In this document: piece after piece, positions 24,881 to 35,615 of the stretch
How the letters are laid out: each line of letters begins with the position of its first letter
How positions within the stretch are numbered: position 1 is the first letter of the stretch
IMG/VR virus record: IMGVR_UViG_3300046170_000391
Length of the DNA stretch: 64,000 bases
Direction: 5' to 3' (one strand)
Source of the DNA: a virus
Translations under genes and position numbers: made by a program
The notes under the pieces: generated by a model
Told to the model about the DNA's origin: nothing
Seen by the model: the letters and a program-made list of their open reading frames with translations, nothing else
Databases searched by the model: none

Positions 24881-25509
24881 TGTATAAAACTTATATTCTA
24901 GGGAATGGCGGATACGCTCAAGAATGCTTTGAACAATTTGTACTAGGCAGAGTTATAGAAGATTTCGGGGGATTTATTATCCTAAAAGAAGGTAAAGCAG
25001 TTCTTATTAACGATGAAGGTATAAATAATTTTACTTACCCTAAAGAATCTGCATTTATGCTAGGGACTGGGCACCGTAAGTGGCGTAAAGTATTTTTAGA
25101 TCATTTATTTGGTTATTATGAACAGAATATTAATCATTTTCCAAATATGATAGCTAATGAAGCACACTTATCACAAACTTCTACTCTAGGTATAGGTAAT
25201 GTACTTAATTGCTTTGCTATGACAAATGCTAATGCTAATATCGGAGATTTTAATCTTTTAAACTGTTATGCATCAGTTCATCATGACGTAACGATGGGAA
25301 GTCACAATATATTTACAACGTATGCTACCGTGCTAGGGTATTGTACAGTAGGAGATGATAACTGGTTTGGTAATGCAGTTACAGTAACATCAAAAACAAA
25401 TATCGGTAATGATAATACACTTAGTTCTGGCGAACATCTTTTTGAAGATATGAGCACTCGTCAATTCTTTAAACACGGTATTGTTACAGAGAAACCTATA
25501 AAACAATGA
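24880..25509 (+). CDS. Sugar O/N-acetyltransferase (NeuD/PglD-like hexapeptide repeat)
   Basis: ILGNGGYA N-domain, left-handed beta-helix repeats, SVHHD. Confidence 0.8.
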   Translation: MYKTYILGNGGYAQECFEQFVLGRVIEDFGGFIILKEGKAVLINDEGINNFTYPKESAFMLGTGHRKWRKVFLDHLFGYYEQNINHFPNMIANEAHLSQTSTLGIGNVLNCFAMTNANANIGDFNLLNCYASVHHDVTMGSHNIFTTYATVLGYCTVGDDNWFGNAVTVTSKTNIGNDNTLSSGEHLFEDMSTRQFFKHGIVTEKPIKQ

Positions 25510-26276
25510 TTATTTTTTTTAGAAGCTGTGAAGCAAACTTAAAAGCTGGATCTCTTGGAGACGAAGTTACGGGTGATGGTATTCGCTGGAATGGTAAACA
25601 TAAATTAGAAATTATTCGTAAATGTTATCTTTCAATTCAATCTAGCTTAGATGAGCGTGATTTAATCGTAGTAATTGATGATAGAACGACTAAAGATACC
25701 CTTAACTGGATGAGAGACAACACTAAAGCCCAATTTAGGGTACACCCCATTACCCCCTTACCTGAACTAAGAGCAAAAGATCCTTATCCTAATTATCATC
25801 CTGTTATGGCTAATTCATGTCCAGAAATCATGGAACATTTAGTGAGTGTTTCAGAAGAAAATCCTGATGAAATTATATACATCTGTGAGGACGATTATCT
25901 TCATCTACCTCAAGCAATACTTGCAATGAAAGCTTTATTTGGTCAAGGATATAGTGGGTTTTATGCCCCACAAGATTATCCTGATAGATATACCTTAGAC
26001 TCTAGTAGGGTATGTGAAGTACATGTGGGGCCTTATGGGCATCTAAGATCAATTCCAAGCTCAACACTTACTATCGCAGCAAAGGGCACTACTTGGCTTC
26101 AGTATAAGTATGAAATACTCAGAGCAGGAGCTTTTGCAGATGATACATGGACTTGGAAAGCTTTTAAACAAGTTGGCTGTCTATGTCCCCTACCAGGCCA
26201 CTCTACTCACCTACAAGAAGGGTGTATTAGCCCTTGTATAAACTGGGAACAAGTATATGAAGGCATTAGTTTATAA
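25506..26276 (+). CDS. GT-A fold glycosyltransferase-like protein
   Basis: VVIDD, IYICEDDYLH, CPLPGHSTH. Confidence 0.65.
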   Translation: MIIFFRSCEANLKAGSLGDEVTGDGIRWNGKHKLEIIRKCYLSIQSSLDERDLIVVIDDRTTKDTLNWMRDNTKAQFRVHPITPLPELRAKDPYPNYHPVMANSCPEIMEHLVSVSEENPDEIIYICEDDYLHLPQAILAMKALFGQGYSGFYAPQDYPDRYTLDSSRVCEVHVGPYGHLRSIPSSTLTIAAKGTTWLQYKYEILRAGAFADDTWTWKAFKQVGCLCPLPGHSTHLQEGCISPCINWEQVYEGISL

Positions 26277-26279
26277 TAT

Positions 26280-27260
26280 ATGAAATTTATACTTAGAAAA
26301 GACATAAAAATAGATCTTTTTGAGAGGCATCTTAGAAAGGCTAGAGCAAGTAATCAATTTTCTAATTACGGAGCTGCGGTACAAGACCTAGAATTAAAAG
26401 CTCGTGAAATGCTTAAAATTGATGATTCAAAAGCTATAATAGCTGTGAATAACGGCTCTTCATGTGTTACTACTATAGTATACGCTTTTCAGAGGGCTTT
26501 TGGTAATCATCTTAACGTGCTCACTCAAGATTTTACATTTCCCTCTAATGCACAAATCGGGGCAAGCGGCGCTCAAAAAACAGATTTTACAGACGCTTTA
26601 GATATACATTTGGACTTTCCTTATTGGGATCAAATAAAAATAGTAATTGTAACTAACATATTTGGTCACTTGCAAGACTTAAACATGATAATTAATAAAT
26701 GTAATGATTCAGATAAACTATTAATATTTGATAACGCGGCCACTCCATATTCTTTTTATGAAGGAACTAATTCGTGTAATTTAGGAACAGCTTCTTATAT
26801 TTCTCTTCACCATACTAAGCCTCTTGGTTTCGGAGAAGGAGGGTTAGTAATAATCAATAAAGAATACGAGAAAGAGGCTAGGGCAGTTATAAATTTCGGT
26901 CCGACCGAGGGCAATGAGTTTAATGAAAGAGGTAGCAATTTTAAAATGAGTGAGATTGCGGCAGCGGGAATTCTTCAGTGGTGGGATCAATTCGATATTG
27001 AAGACCTAAAAGAAAAATTCCTTAATAATTACTTTAAGAAACGTTATGAGTTAGCAAATCAAAAAGGTATTTTTTATCCAAATAAAGGAGATGATAACTT
27101 TTTTCCTTCATGTTTACCTTTTATCCACGATAATCCTACAGAAGCAAACAAAGACAATGAAGAATTTAAGTATTATAAGCCCTTAGTGGGTTTGCAAAAT
27201 TCTAAACTTGTGTATGAAAACATTATCTGTTATGGGCTAACTGAGGATTGGTATGTATAA
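26280..27260 (+). CDS. DegT-family aminotransferase
   Basis: VTNIFG, IFDNAAT, SLHHTKPLGFGEGG, NFKMSEIAAA. Confidence 0.88.
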   Translation: MKFILRKDIKIDLFERHLRKARASNQFSNYGAAVQDLELKAREMLKIDDSKAIIAVNNGSSCVTTIVYAFQRAFGNHLNVLTQDFTFPSNAQIGASGAQKTDFTDALDIHLDFPYWDQIKIVIVTNIFGHLQDLNMIINKCNDSDKLLIFDNAATPYSFYEGTNSCNLGTASYISLHHTKPLGFGEGGLVIINKEYEKEARAVINFGPTEGNEFNERGSNFKMSEIAAAGILQWWDQFDIEDLKEKFLNNYFKKRYELANQKGIFYPNKGDDNFFPSCLPFIHDNPTEANKDNEEFKYYKPLVGLQNSKLVYENIICYGLTEDWYV

Positions 27261-28230
27261 TAAATCAGCAGTAGTTACTGGATGTCTTAGCTTTATTGGG
27301 GTAGCGTTGACCGAAAAATTACTTCGCGAAGATTGGCAAGTATATGGTATAGATAAATTAACTTATGTAGCTAACACTAAATTAATTTCGTATTTTAAAA
27401 CAACTTACAAAGATAACTTTACTTTGGTCTCGGAAGATATTAAAGATGTTAAATGGCTACCTGCTTGTGATGTAGTTTTTAATATTGCAGCAGAATCAGA
27501 TGTTGATAATGGTAATAAAGATTGTTCTCAGTTTATTAGTTCAAATATTGAGGGTGTACGAAACTTACTAAGTCTTATTAATTCAAGAATTATTACTAAA
27601 GCAGATAAACCTTTATTTTTTCAAATGTCTACAGATGAAGTTTATGGAGATCTTGAAGAAGGAGTTTTTGACGAAAATGCACCTCTTAGACCATCTAATC
27701 CTTATGCCGCTACAAAAGCAAGTGCTGACCTACTTATCCAAAGCTGGGCACGTACTCACGGGTTAGAGTACCTTATAGCTAGACCTTCAAATAACTACGG
27801 ATACTATCAGTATCCAGAAAAATTAATTCCTTTAGCAGTAAAACAGTTATCAAGGGGTAAGAAAATAAAACTTCACAATGAAGGAAAACCTATTAGAAGT
27901 TGGACGCACTCAGAAGATACAGCAGAAGCAATCCTAACATTATATGACAACGCTGATAGAAATAAAGTTTATAATATTTCATCAGAATATGAGCAAACAA
28001 ATCTCGATACTGTTAAAAAAATCATAAACTCTTACTTTTTAGGAACTATAAGTAGAGAGGTGCCCAATTATACTAGTCATATAGATCTGGAGTACTCAAG
28101 GCCAGGGCAAGACGTGAGATATGCAATTTCTTGTAATCCTTTAAAAGAATTACAATGGAGACCTAAAAAAGAATTTAATCAAGAGATAGTAAAGTTAGTG
28201 GAAAATTATAAGAAAGGATGGACATGGTAA
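27253..28230 (+). CDS. rfbB: dTDP-glucose 4,6-dehydratase-like
   Basis: IDKLTY, AAESDVD, STDEVYG, PSNPYAATKA, NNYGYYQYPEKLIP, RPGQDVRYA. Confidence 0.85.
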   Translation: MYNKSAVVTGCLSFIGVALTEKLLREDWQVYGIDKLTYVANTKLISYFKTTYKDNFTLVSEDIKDVKWLPACDVVFNIAAESDVDNGNKDCSQFISSNIEGVRNLLSLINSRIITKADKPLFFQMSTDEVYGDLEEGVFDENAPLRPSNPYAATKASADLLIQSWARTHGLEYLIARPSNNYGYYQYPEKLIPLAVKQLSRGKKIKLHNEGKPIRSWTHSEDTAEAILTLYDNADRNKVYNISSEYEQTNLDTVKKIINSYFLGTISREVPNYTSHIDLEYSRPGQDVRYAISCNPLKELQWRPKKEFNQEIVKLVENYKKGWTW

Positions 28231-29231
28231 TGAGAGTATTTATTACAGGGATAGGAGGATTACTAGGTAGTAACTTAGCTAATTTCTTAATTGGACAAGG
28301 GCATGAAGTAGCGGGTATAGATAATATGATAGGGGGAGTAGATGATAATATTCCTATCGGGGCTAAATTTCATGAAGGTGATATTACAGACACAAAGTTG
28401 ATGAAAGAGATAACTGAAGGGTATGAAGTAATTTTTCATGCAGCTGCTCTCCCATACGAGGGTTTGAGTGTTTTCTCCCCAGCAGTGACAGTAAATTCAA
28501 TTGTTTCGGGAACTGTGTCAGTAGCTTCGGCAGCTCTGCACAACAAAGTAAGATTATTAATAAACTGCTCTTCTATGGCTCGATACGGAGATCAAATACC
28601 CCCGTTTACAGAAGATATGCCTACTAAGCCTGTTGATCCTTATGGACTTGCTAAAGTACAGGCTGAAGAACATTTAGAAATGTTGAGTAATATACATGGA
28701 CTAAACTATATTACTGTAGTTCCTCATAATGTTATTGGGGTAGGTCAAAGATATTATGACCCTTTTAGAAATGTGATGGGAATTATGATTAGTCGCTGCT
28801 TACAGGGTAAACCTTTAGTGATTTATGGGGATGGAGAACAACAAAGATCATTTTCTAATGTAAGTGATTGTATAAAAGCTGTTTATCAAATAATGATAAC
28901 AGATAGAGATATTTGTGGACAAGTTTATAATATCGGGCCAGATGATAATGAGATATCTATTAAACAACTTGCGTATAAAGTAGGACATCATTGCGAGAAA
29001 TACCCGTCTTTAGAGCATTACCCAGATAGGCCCCAAGAAGTAAAAAATGCTTTTTGTTCTTCAGATAAGATAAGAAAAGACTTTAACTATAATGCAGCAG
29101 TTAAATTAGACACTACTATAATTGATATGGTTTCGTGGATTAAACCACGACTCCGTGAGTTTGAGTATCATCTAGAATTAGAATTTATTACAGATAAAAC
29201 ACCTAAAACATGGACAGATAAGTTGATATAA
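28218..29231 (+). CDS. NAD-dependent epimerase/dehydratase
   Basis: ITGIGGLLG, SSMARYG, YGLAK, IYGDGEQQRSF. Confidence 0.9.
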   Translation: MDMVMRVFITGIGGLLGSNLANFLIGQGHEVAGIDNMIGGVDDNIPIGAKFHEGDITDTKLMKEITEGYEVIFHAAALPYEGLSVFSPAVTVNSIVSGTVSVASAALHNKVRLLINCSSMARYGDQIPPFTEDMPTKPVDPYGLAKVQAEEHLEMLSNIHGLNYITVVPHNVIGVGQRYYDPFRNVMGIMISRCLQGKPLVIYGDGEQQRSFSNVSDCIKAVYQIMITDRDICGQVYNIGPDDNEISIKQLAYKVGHHCEKYPSLEHYPDRPQEVKNAFCSSDKIRKDFNYNAAVKLDTTIIDMVSWIKPRLREFEYHLELEFITDKTPKTWTDKLI

Positions 29232-29232
29232 A

Positions 29233-29409
29233 ATGAAAAATAGACCAGGAAGTGTAGAACTCAATTTATTATACGCTCTTCAATGGGAGCAATACGATTT
29301 TCATGTGTCCGATCATAAAAAAAAATGGGATTTATCAGAGGAAGAAGCAAGAGCAGTTAACAAATGGATTTCAGCACGAATAAAGGATATCAAAGATAGA
29401 TGTCTGTAA
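29233..29409 (+). CDS. Small hypothetical protein (58 aa)
   Basis: MKNRPGSVELNLL...KDRCL fills the gap between coupled genes. Confidence 0.45.
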   Translation: MKNRPGSVELNLLYALQWEQYDFHVSDHKKKWDLSEEEARAVNKWISARIKDIKDRCL

Positions 29410-30140
29410 AAATAATAACTCCATATGTATTTGAGAATGAAATAAAAAAACACAAAGAAACCTTCTGGGAATATGATATTTATTATGAGCAGGATATTGC
29501 TGGTATAGGTTGCGATTTGATGTTTCAAAAAATGTGGAATCGTTTTCCTGATGATGACATATTTATTTTACACGCAGACATGGATCTTCACCATGATGGG
29601 TGGTTTGAGGAGGTGCTAGAGTATGTCGAAAAGTACCCAGAAGCAGGAATGTTTGGTTGTTTGTTATTGTACCCAGCAAAAAACGAGAGTAGCAAATATT
29701 TCATACAGTGTGCAGGAGGAAAATTCACTGACAATAGACCAGATCACTTCGGAAGTGGGCTCATACTTGAAAACGGGCAAACTTTCAAACAAGAGTTGGA
29801 AATTGATAAGGGACAATACGATACCACGCGATCCGTCGCCTGGACAACATTTGGAGGTTGTTACCTCAGAAGGGAATTTTTGGATTCCGTGGGCAACTTT
29901 GACACCACCTTTGAATGGACGTACAACAGAGATGTCGATTACTGCTTGTCTGGAAGAAAAAATGGTTTCAGCATCTATCAGATTCCTGTACGACTCTTCC
30001 ATCATGAATCAAGGGATACTAAAAGAATAAAAGATAAAAGTAAAGCAGCTATGGAGATGAGAAACCTTGAACGTTTACAGACGAAATGGGCAAACTCAAA
30101 ATTTTACAAAACGCTGGACAAGGAGATAAAAAGTGAGTAA
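29400..30140 (+). CDS. Glycosyltransferase family 2
   Basis: ILHADM, GCLLLYP, FGGCYLRR, RDVDYCL, HHES. Confidence 0.85.
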   Translation: MSVKIITPYVFENEIKKHKETFWEYDIYYEQDIAGIGCDLMFQKMWNRFPDDDIFILHADMDLHHDGWFEEVLEYVEKYPEAGMFGCLLLYPAKNESSKYFIQCAGGKFTDNRPDHFGSGLILENGQTFKQELEIDKGQYDTTRSVAWTTFGGCYLRREFLDSVGNFDTTFEWTYNRDVDYCLSGRKNGFSIYQIPVRLFHHESRDTKRIKDKSKAAMEMRNLERLQTKWANSKFYKTLDKEIKSE

Positions 30141-30354
30141 AGTATTCATAAGTAAAAAAGAATTAGAAGAAGCGGTATTACGCAAGAAAAATAAAATGAC
30201 TCCTTTCCTATTTATTTTTGTGTGGTTTTATGCAATAGTATGTTTAGTAACTTTGCTACCTGTAGCATTTATATGGTGTGCATTTACTTTAGCAGTTATT
30301 CTTGCGTATTTACCGTTTTACTTCATTGATAAAATTTTGTTTGAAAAGGAATAA
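30133..30354 (+). CDS. Small membrane protein
   Basis: Long hydrophobic stretch; AGGAG RBS. Confidence 0.55.
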   Translation: MSKVFISKKELEEAVLRKKNKMTPFLFIFVWFYAIVCLVTLLPVAFIWCAFTLAVILAYLPFYFIDKILFEKE

Positions 30355-30356
30355 AT

Positions 30357-31097
30357 ATGAGTAAACTAAATCACGCCTGGGTAAAGGCATCTTTAGAGCA
30401 GTCAGATAACGAAAGATCAAAGATATCAGAGAGAGAAAGAGAACTACACGGATTATCCTCTACACGCCTGAAATGTCTTATTAATAATCTCTGCGCAGCA
30501 GAAAAAACAAACTATTTAGAAATTGGGGTATACAAAGGATCTACCATTATATCGGCGGTTATGGGTAACGAAGTAAAAGCTATAGGTGTTGATAATTTTA
30601 TGTACGACGAGAGAGAGCCTAGAAAGTGGGCCCCGGAAGGTGATATTTGGTACAATGTAAAATCTCAAATGGAGGCAAATATCAAACGATATGATCTCCA
30701 TCCAGAAACCAAAATTCCAGGAGCAATAACTCTCATTGAAAAACCTTTTGAGGAAGTAGATTGGGTCAAGCAGCCTAAGTTTAACGTATGTTTATTTGAT
30801 ATCTCTCCTATAAATCAAAAAGTCTATGATGATTTTTTTGAAAAAGTTATAGTGTCCTTAGCACAAGAATGTGTCGTAGTATTTACCGGACAATCAAATG
30901 CTCAACATGCAGAAGAGCTTAATAAAAGTTTACTTCGCCACCAAGACAAGTTAGACATTCAGTATAGTGAACTAAGAATATCTGGAGGATTAGCTGACGC
31001 TACTAGATACTACAGCGGAATCAGAGTTATCGGCATTAAGAAAAAATCAGGGTCATTTATCAAAAAACCTGTAGCAAATACCACCCCTAAGAACTAA
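30357..31097 (+). CDS. Class I SAM-dependent methyltransferase
   Basis: YLEIGVYKGST, IGVDNF. Confidence 0.75.
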   Translation: MSKLNHAWVKASLEQSDNERSKISERERELHGLSSTRLKCLINNLCAAEKTNYLEIGVYKGSTIISAVMGNEVKAIGVDNFMYDEREPRKWAPEGDIWYNVKSQMEANIKRYDLHPETKIPGAITLIEKPFEEVDWVKQPKFNVCLFDISPINQKVYDDFFEKVIVSLAQECVVVFTGQSNAQHAEELNKSLLRHQDKLDIQYSELRISGGLADATRYYSGIRVIGIKKKSGSFIKKPVANTTPKN

Positions 31098-31106
31098 GAG
31101 GAATTA

Positions 31107-31955
31107 ATGTTAAAAAAATCTGTAATTAGTTTAATTAGTTACGACGCTAATAGGTTTCTAGCTAATAGCATTAAAACATATTATAACTATGTTGATGAGA
31201 TTATTTTAGGTCTCGATAAAAATAGAGTAACATGGAGTGGGAATCCCTTCTCTCTTGACGAAGAAACATTATGGTCAGACCTTCAAGCTATTGATGGAGA
31301 CAGTAAAATATCAATTATTGAAGAAGATTTTAAAAAATCTGATGTACCAATTGAGAATGATAATTTTGAAAGAAATTTTCTAAAAGAACAATGCTCAAAT
31401 GACTGGATCTTTTCGTTTGATGCAGATGAAGAATTACTTAATGCAAAAGAATTTTTTTATGACTACTGCCCTATTCTTGAGAAATACTATAACAAGGTAG
31501 ATATTCTTATGACTTGGTGTACTCCTTACAAAGAAATAGTAAATGATGAAGGAGAGTCTTATACTTTGATGATTGCTAATGACGATAGTTCACCATTTTT
31601 TGGAGAAAACCAAGGAGTAGTGACTTCTAAAGATAGTACATTTACTTATGCTAGATGGACCGACAAAAGTGCGCAAGGAACTAATAGAGTAACTTCTCCT
31701 CTAGTTTCTTTACATTGGAGCTTATGTAGACCTTCTGATGAACTACACGAGAAAATTCATAATATAGGTCATTCAGATATAGTAGAAAACGATCCATTTT
31801 TTCAAATATGGAAAGATGTTACGTGGGATAATTATCATGAGTTGAGAAACTTTAAAACATCAGGACTAGGATCTGCGCAATGGCCTAAATTAGAGGCTGT
31901 TCCTACACAGCACGTAAAAAATTACGTTAATCAATATTTAGCAGGAGCATACTAA
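31107..31955 (+). CDS. Glycosyltransferase (GT-A, GT2-like)
   Basis: YVDEIIL, ERNFL, WIFSFDADE. Confidence 0.7.
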   Translation: MLKKSVISLISYDANRFLANSIKTYYNYVDEIILGLDKNRVTWSGNPFSLDEETLWSDLQAIDGDSKISIIEEDFKKSDVPIENDNFERNFLKEQCSNDWIFSFDADEELLNAKEFFYDYCPILEKYYNKVDILMTWCTPYKEIVNDEGESYTLMIANDDSSPFFGENQGVVTSKDSTFTYARWTDKSAQGTNRVTSPLVSLHWSLCRPSDELHEKIHNIGHSDIVENDPFFQIWKDVTWDNYHELRNFKTSGLGSAQWPKLEAVPTQHVKNYVNQYLAGAY

Positions 31956-31956
31956 T

Positions 31957-33120
31957 ATGATAATTGAGATTATTGGTAAATTTTTCGATAACCACTCGTT
32001 ATCTATAATTAATAGAAATATAGCAATTAGATTAATGAATAATGATTCTGTTGAATTATTAATTACTCCATTAGACACTTATGACCCAGTACATAAAGTA
32101 GATAAAAACACTATCAAAAAGCTAAAAGAGCTTAATAATAAAGAAGCTTCTGATACTCCTGATATACAAGTTAGACATTGTTACCCACCTGTATGGACAT
32201 GGCCTGTTCACGAAAAAACAAAGGTTATATTTATACAGCCTTGGGAATTTTTAAAAGCACCATTTGAGTGGCAATACAAATTTGAAACTTTTGCTGACGC
32301 GCTAATCGTACCTAGTAACTATGAAGCTGATGTTTTCAAACTAGGAGGACTTAATCCTTCAAATCTTTTTGTAGTACCTAATGGCTATGATGAAAATATC
32401 TTTAATACAGAAGATACTAATAATAATCATCCGTCAGTTAATAAAGATAAATTCAATTTTATATATGTAGGTAATCCGCAATGGAGAAAAGGGCTAGATA
32501 TATTAATTAATGTATGGGGAAAAGCGTTTAAGAAATATGATAATGCGCATCTCATCATTAAGGATACTCCTCGTATATATGGAAAAAATAATATACTTAG
32601 TGAGATTATTAAAATGCAGTACAAATCGGGATGCGCTGGTATTACCTATTTAGATGATGATATGTCTGATTTAGAAATGGCAGAATTATTTAAAAGTTGT
32701 GATATTGTCGCACACCCCTATAGAGCTGAAGGATTTGGTATGCATGTACAAGAAGCTATAGCGTGCGGATGTGTCCCTATTATACCTGATCAAGGTCCTA
32801 CAAATGATTTTGTTCCCGAGGGTGCTGGTATTAAATTCAAAACTAATAAAGAAGCGATTGATATAACTAATGGACAGATCTTTGCTACTAAACCTGGAGA
32901 TGCTATGACTTTAATGAGCAGTCATACTTTTACAAATGAACCTGATGGACAAAGTGTCGAAGGTGCTTTAAAATACGTATATCATCATCATGATAAAAAA
33001 GAATTATTTAAGTGTATATCAAATGCAGAACTCAATACATGGGACTCAGTAGTAGATAAGTATATGGAGGTATTTTTAAATGTCGGACAACGTGAAAAAG
33101 CTAATAGATTCAGATATTGA
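31957..33120 (+). CDS. Glycosyltransferase family 4 (GT-B)
   Basis: VVPNGYD, RKGLDILI, PYRAEGFGMHVQEAIACG. Confidence 0.9.
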   Translation: MIIEIIGKFFDNHSLSIINRNIAIRLMNNDSVELLITPLDTYDPVHKVDKNTIKKLKELNNKEASDTPDIQVRHCYPPVWTWPVHEKTKVIFIQPWEFLKAPFEWQYKFETFADALIVPSNYEADVFKLGGLNPSNLFVVPNGYDENIFNTEDTNNNHPSVNKDKFNFIYVGNPQWRKGLDILINVWGKAFKKYDNAHLIIKDTPRIYGKNNILSEIIKMQYKSGCAGITYLDDDMSDLEMAELFKSCDIVAHPYRAEGFGMHVQEAIACGCVPIIPDQGPTNDFVPEGAGIKFKTNKEAIDITNGQIFATKPGDAMTLMSSHTFTNEPDGQSVEGALKYVYHHHDKKELFKCISNAELNTWDSVVDKYMEVFLNVGQREKANRFRY

Positions 33121-33634
33121 TAAGTTTTTCGCAGAGCTAGAAGCAGAAGCAGAAAAAAACGTAAATCAAGCGGAAGTTAGTAGATTAGCACAACAAGTGC
33201 TTAATAGGCATAACGCACATACCCCTACCTTAGAAGAAAAAGTTCTAGCAGATTTTCATGGTAATGCCCCTATTATAGAAGAAAAATATGATGGAGAGCT
33301 TCCAGGTCTTACTGCAAAAGCTAAAATCTACATACTAACTAACTTAGAACCTGGACAGATGTTCAGACTCGGGGTATCTGGTGGTGGATGTAGTGGTTTT
33401 AACTATATATTTGATGTATGTGAAGAATGGGAAGACGGTGATATCAAGTTTTGTGACGATCCTCCATCAGTAGTAGACTCTGAAAGCATAAAATTCTTAT
33501 ACGGAAGCACAATAGACTTAGTAGAAAATGGAATGAATAAACAGCTATCTGTAGAAAATCCTGGAGCAAGAGCCTCGTGTGGTTGTGGAACAAGTTTTGC
33601 TTTTGACGAAGACTTGTTAGATATGTACTCATGA
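33080..33634 (+). CDS. A-type Fe-S carrier (ErpA/IscA/HesB) with N-terminal extension
   Basis: RLGVSGGGCSGFNY and NPGARASCGCGTSF. Confidence 0.88.
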   Translation: MSDNVKKLIDSDIDKFFAELEAEAEKNVNQAEVSRLAQQVLNRHNAHTPTLEEKVLADFHGNAPIIEEKYDGELPGLTAKAKIYILTNLEPGQMFRLGVSGGGCSGFNYIFDVCEEWEDGDIKFCDDPPSVVDSESIKFLYGSTIDLVENGMNKQLSVENPGARASCGCGTSFAFDEDLLDMYS

Positions 33635-34267
33635 CTAATTATAAATGGATCATAAATGAAAGTAAACTACCCTGGTTAGATCTAGATATTGAAGTACCTC
33701 ATCTCGAAATGTTAGAAGAGGCGAAGGCCTTAAAAAACGAATTTGTAGCACACAGAGATCAAGACTATCACGGAGGGTACAGGCATGAGGGCTGGAAAAG
33801 CCTCTGTATTCATGGGATAGACGCATACAAAACAAATCACTATGATCAATACGGTTTCAAAAGTCACGAAGAAACTCCTTATACGTGGACACACATTATT
33901 GATAGGATGCCCGATTACCTATAATTATTTTAATAGTGTATTTCCATTTAAAAAATACTATAGACTGCGTTTCATGCTACTAGAACCAGGAGGTTATATC
34001 ACTCCACATGCGGATCAGGATATCAATAGATTATCTCCAGTTAATATTGCTCTTAATACTCCTAAAAATTGTTTATTTAAAATGAAAGGTCATAACGGGT
34101 TTGTACCTTTAACAGATGGTAAAGCAGTTTTATTAGATGTTGGTAATATTCACGCAGTATATAATAAGAGTGATGAAGATAGATTTCATATTATAGTTCA
34201 TGGAGTCAAAAATAAAGAATACGAGGATTTAGTAGAACGTAGTTATGCGAAAAATGGGATTGAATAA
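33631..34267 (+). CDS. Asp/Asn beta-hydroxylase-like 2OG-Fe(II) oxygenase, split by a 1-nt frameshift near 33907
   Basis: 33631..33924 (..TWTHIIDR) joins 33842..34267 (CPITYNYF..RFMLLEPGGYITPHAD..HAVYN..RFHIIVH) if one base of GATAGGATGC is removed. Confidence 0.75.
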
Positions 34268-35615
34268 AAACTATGTAGTGGGTATCTATGATGATTCTAA
34301 GTTCTTTAATCATCTCTCACGAGCAGAAAAGTTTAAAGAAATAACTGAGTTTTTTACTAGATTTAAATACTTTGGACCTATAGTTGTAGGAACTTCAGTT
34401 AATGAAGTATTAGATAAAGCGTGTGAACATAGTGTAGATTATTGCATTGTACAATCTGTAGGACATATAATCAAAGATGCTTTCTTTTTTAGGCACATTG
34501 AAAAATGGATTGAAAAGCAGAATTTTTTTATCACTGGTCATATTATGGATAAAAATTCTAAAAATATGAATAATCCAGAAGGTAAAGAAGGTTATTACGG
34601 ACTTCACAAGCAGTGTATGTTAGTGAATTTAGAATATTATAAAAAGTTTGATCGCCCAGTATTTGGCGATAAAAAATCATCAAAAGAAGAGGTGGTCGCA
34701 AAAGCAAAGCGTCATGCTAAAGATATTCATGACGATTACACTCCTTTATCTTTAATTCCTACAGAAGAATCTCTAGTATGTACCCCTTTAGTAGATGGTT
34801 GGAACTTTATAAATACTAGTCTTGAAAACGGATTAATAGTATATAATTTTCATCCAAAGATTAGAGAATCAAAACAATATTTATATCCTAATTCTAGTGC
34901 AGAAGAGTTATCAATGCAACTTAGTTGGATTATTAATATAGTTGAATATGCTCCTACATGTGTTTTTTTCTGGAACACTGAAGAGTATGTAGATTTAAAG
35001 TATGTTACTATTAAAAACCCTCTTAAAAAACTATATTCAGTAGCTGCTAGTTTTAAACCTAATATGATTCTTAATACTTATGATTTTGAAGATGATACAG
35101 AAGTTGTATTTTTTGATTATAGTAAGCAAGCTTTGGCTTTCAAAAAACTTTTACTTAATCACTGGGATGGAGAAGACTATCCAAGCTTTCTTAACTGGGC
35201 GGAGAAAAAGTATAGAATTAATGAAACAAAAGGCATTGAAACAGAAACTAATACTAGACAGGGGCTCTGGAAAAGAGAGATTAGATGGTGGGGTTCTGAG
35301 AAGATAATCAAAGAACACTGGGACAGGTATAAAAAACTAAAACACTCTTATATTCATCTTGATATATGCGATAGTCCAGAACTACTTACTTCAAAAATAA
35401 CACCAGATGCTAACTCTGCAATATGGTGGAGTAACGCTTTTCATACTGTTAATGCTCAGTACCTAAGAGGTTTACAAGGGGTAACGGAATGTTATAATAC
35501 TTGGATTGATCAAATAAATAATAAAAATCCTAACATATACATATTCGGTAAGGATCATTTAGACAGGCCAGTAGAGGGTGGGACGTTAAAGGAGTATTTA
35601 AATGGATACAGATAG
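34245..35615 (+). CDS. Hypothetical protein (456 aa)
   Basis: Long ORF in the operon; no recognised motif. Confidence 0.6.
   Translation: MRKMGLNKNYVVGIYDDSKFFNHLSRAEKFKEITEFFTRFKYFGPIVVGTSVNEVLDKACEHSVDYCIVQSVGHIIKDAFFFRHIEKWIEKQNFFITGHIMDKNSKNMNNPEGKEGYYGLHKQCMLVNLEYYKKFDRPVFGDKKSSKEEVVAKAKRHAKDIHDDYTPLSLIPTEESLVCTPLVDGWNFINTSLENGLIVYNFHPKIRESKQYLYPNSSAEELSMQLSWIINIVEYAPTCVFFWNTEEYVDLKYVTIKNPLKKLYSVAASFKPNMILNTYDFEDDTEVVFFDYSKQALAFKKLLLNHWDGEDYPSFLNWAEKKYRINETKGIETETNTRQGLWKREIRWWGSEKIIKEHWDRYKKLKHSYIHLDICDSPELLTSKITPDANSAIWWSNAFHTVNAQYLRGLQGVTECYNTWIDQINNKNPNIYIFGKDHLDRPVEGGTLKEYLNGYR

Noticed and set aside
33895-33925. Programmed frameshift in the hydroxylase gene
   Set aside because: No slippery heptamer or stimulatory structure is seen; one extra base in GATAGGATGC explains it, and similar errors occur elsewhere.
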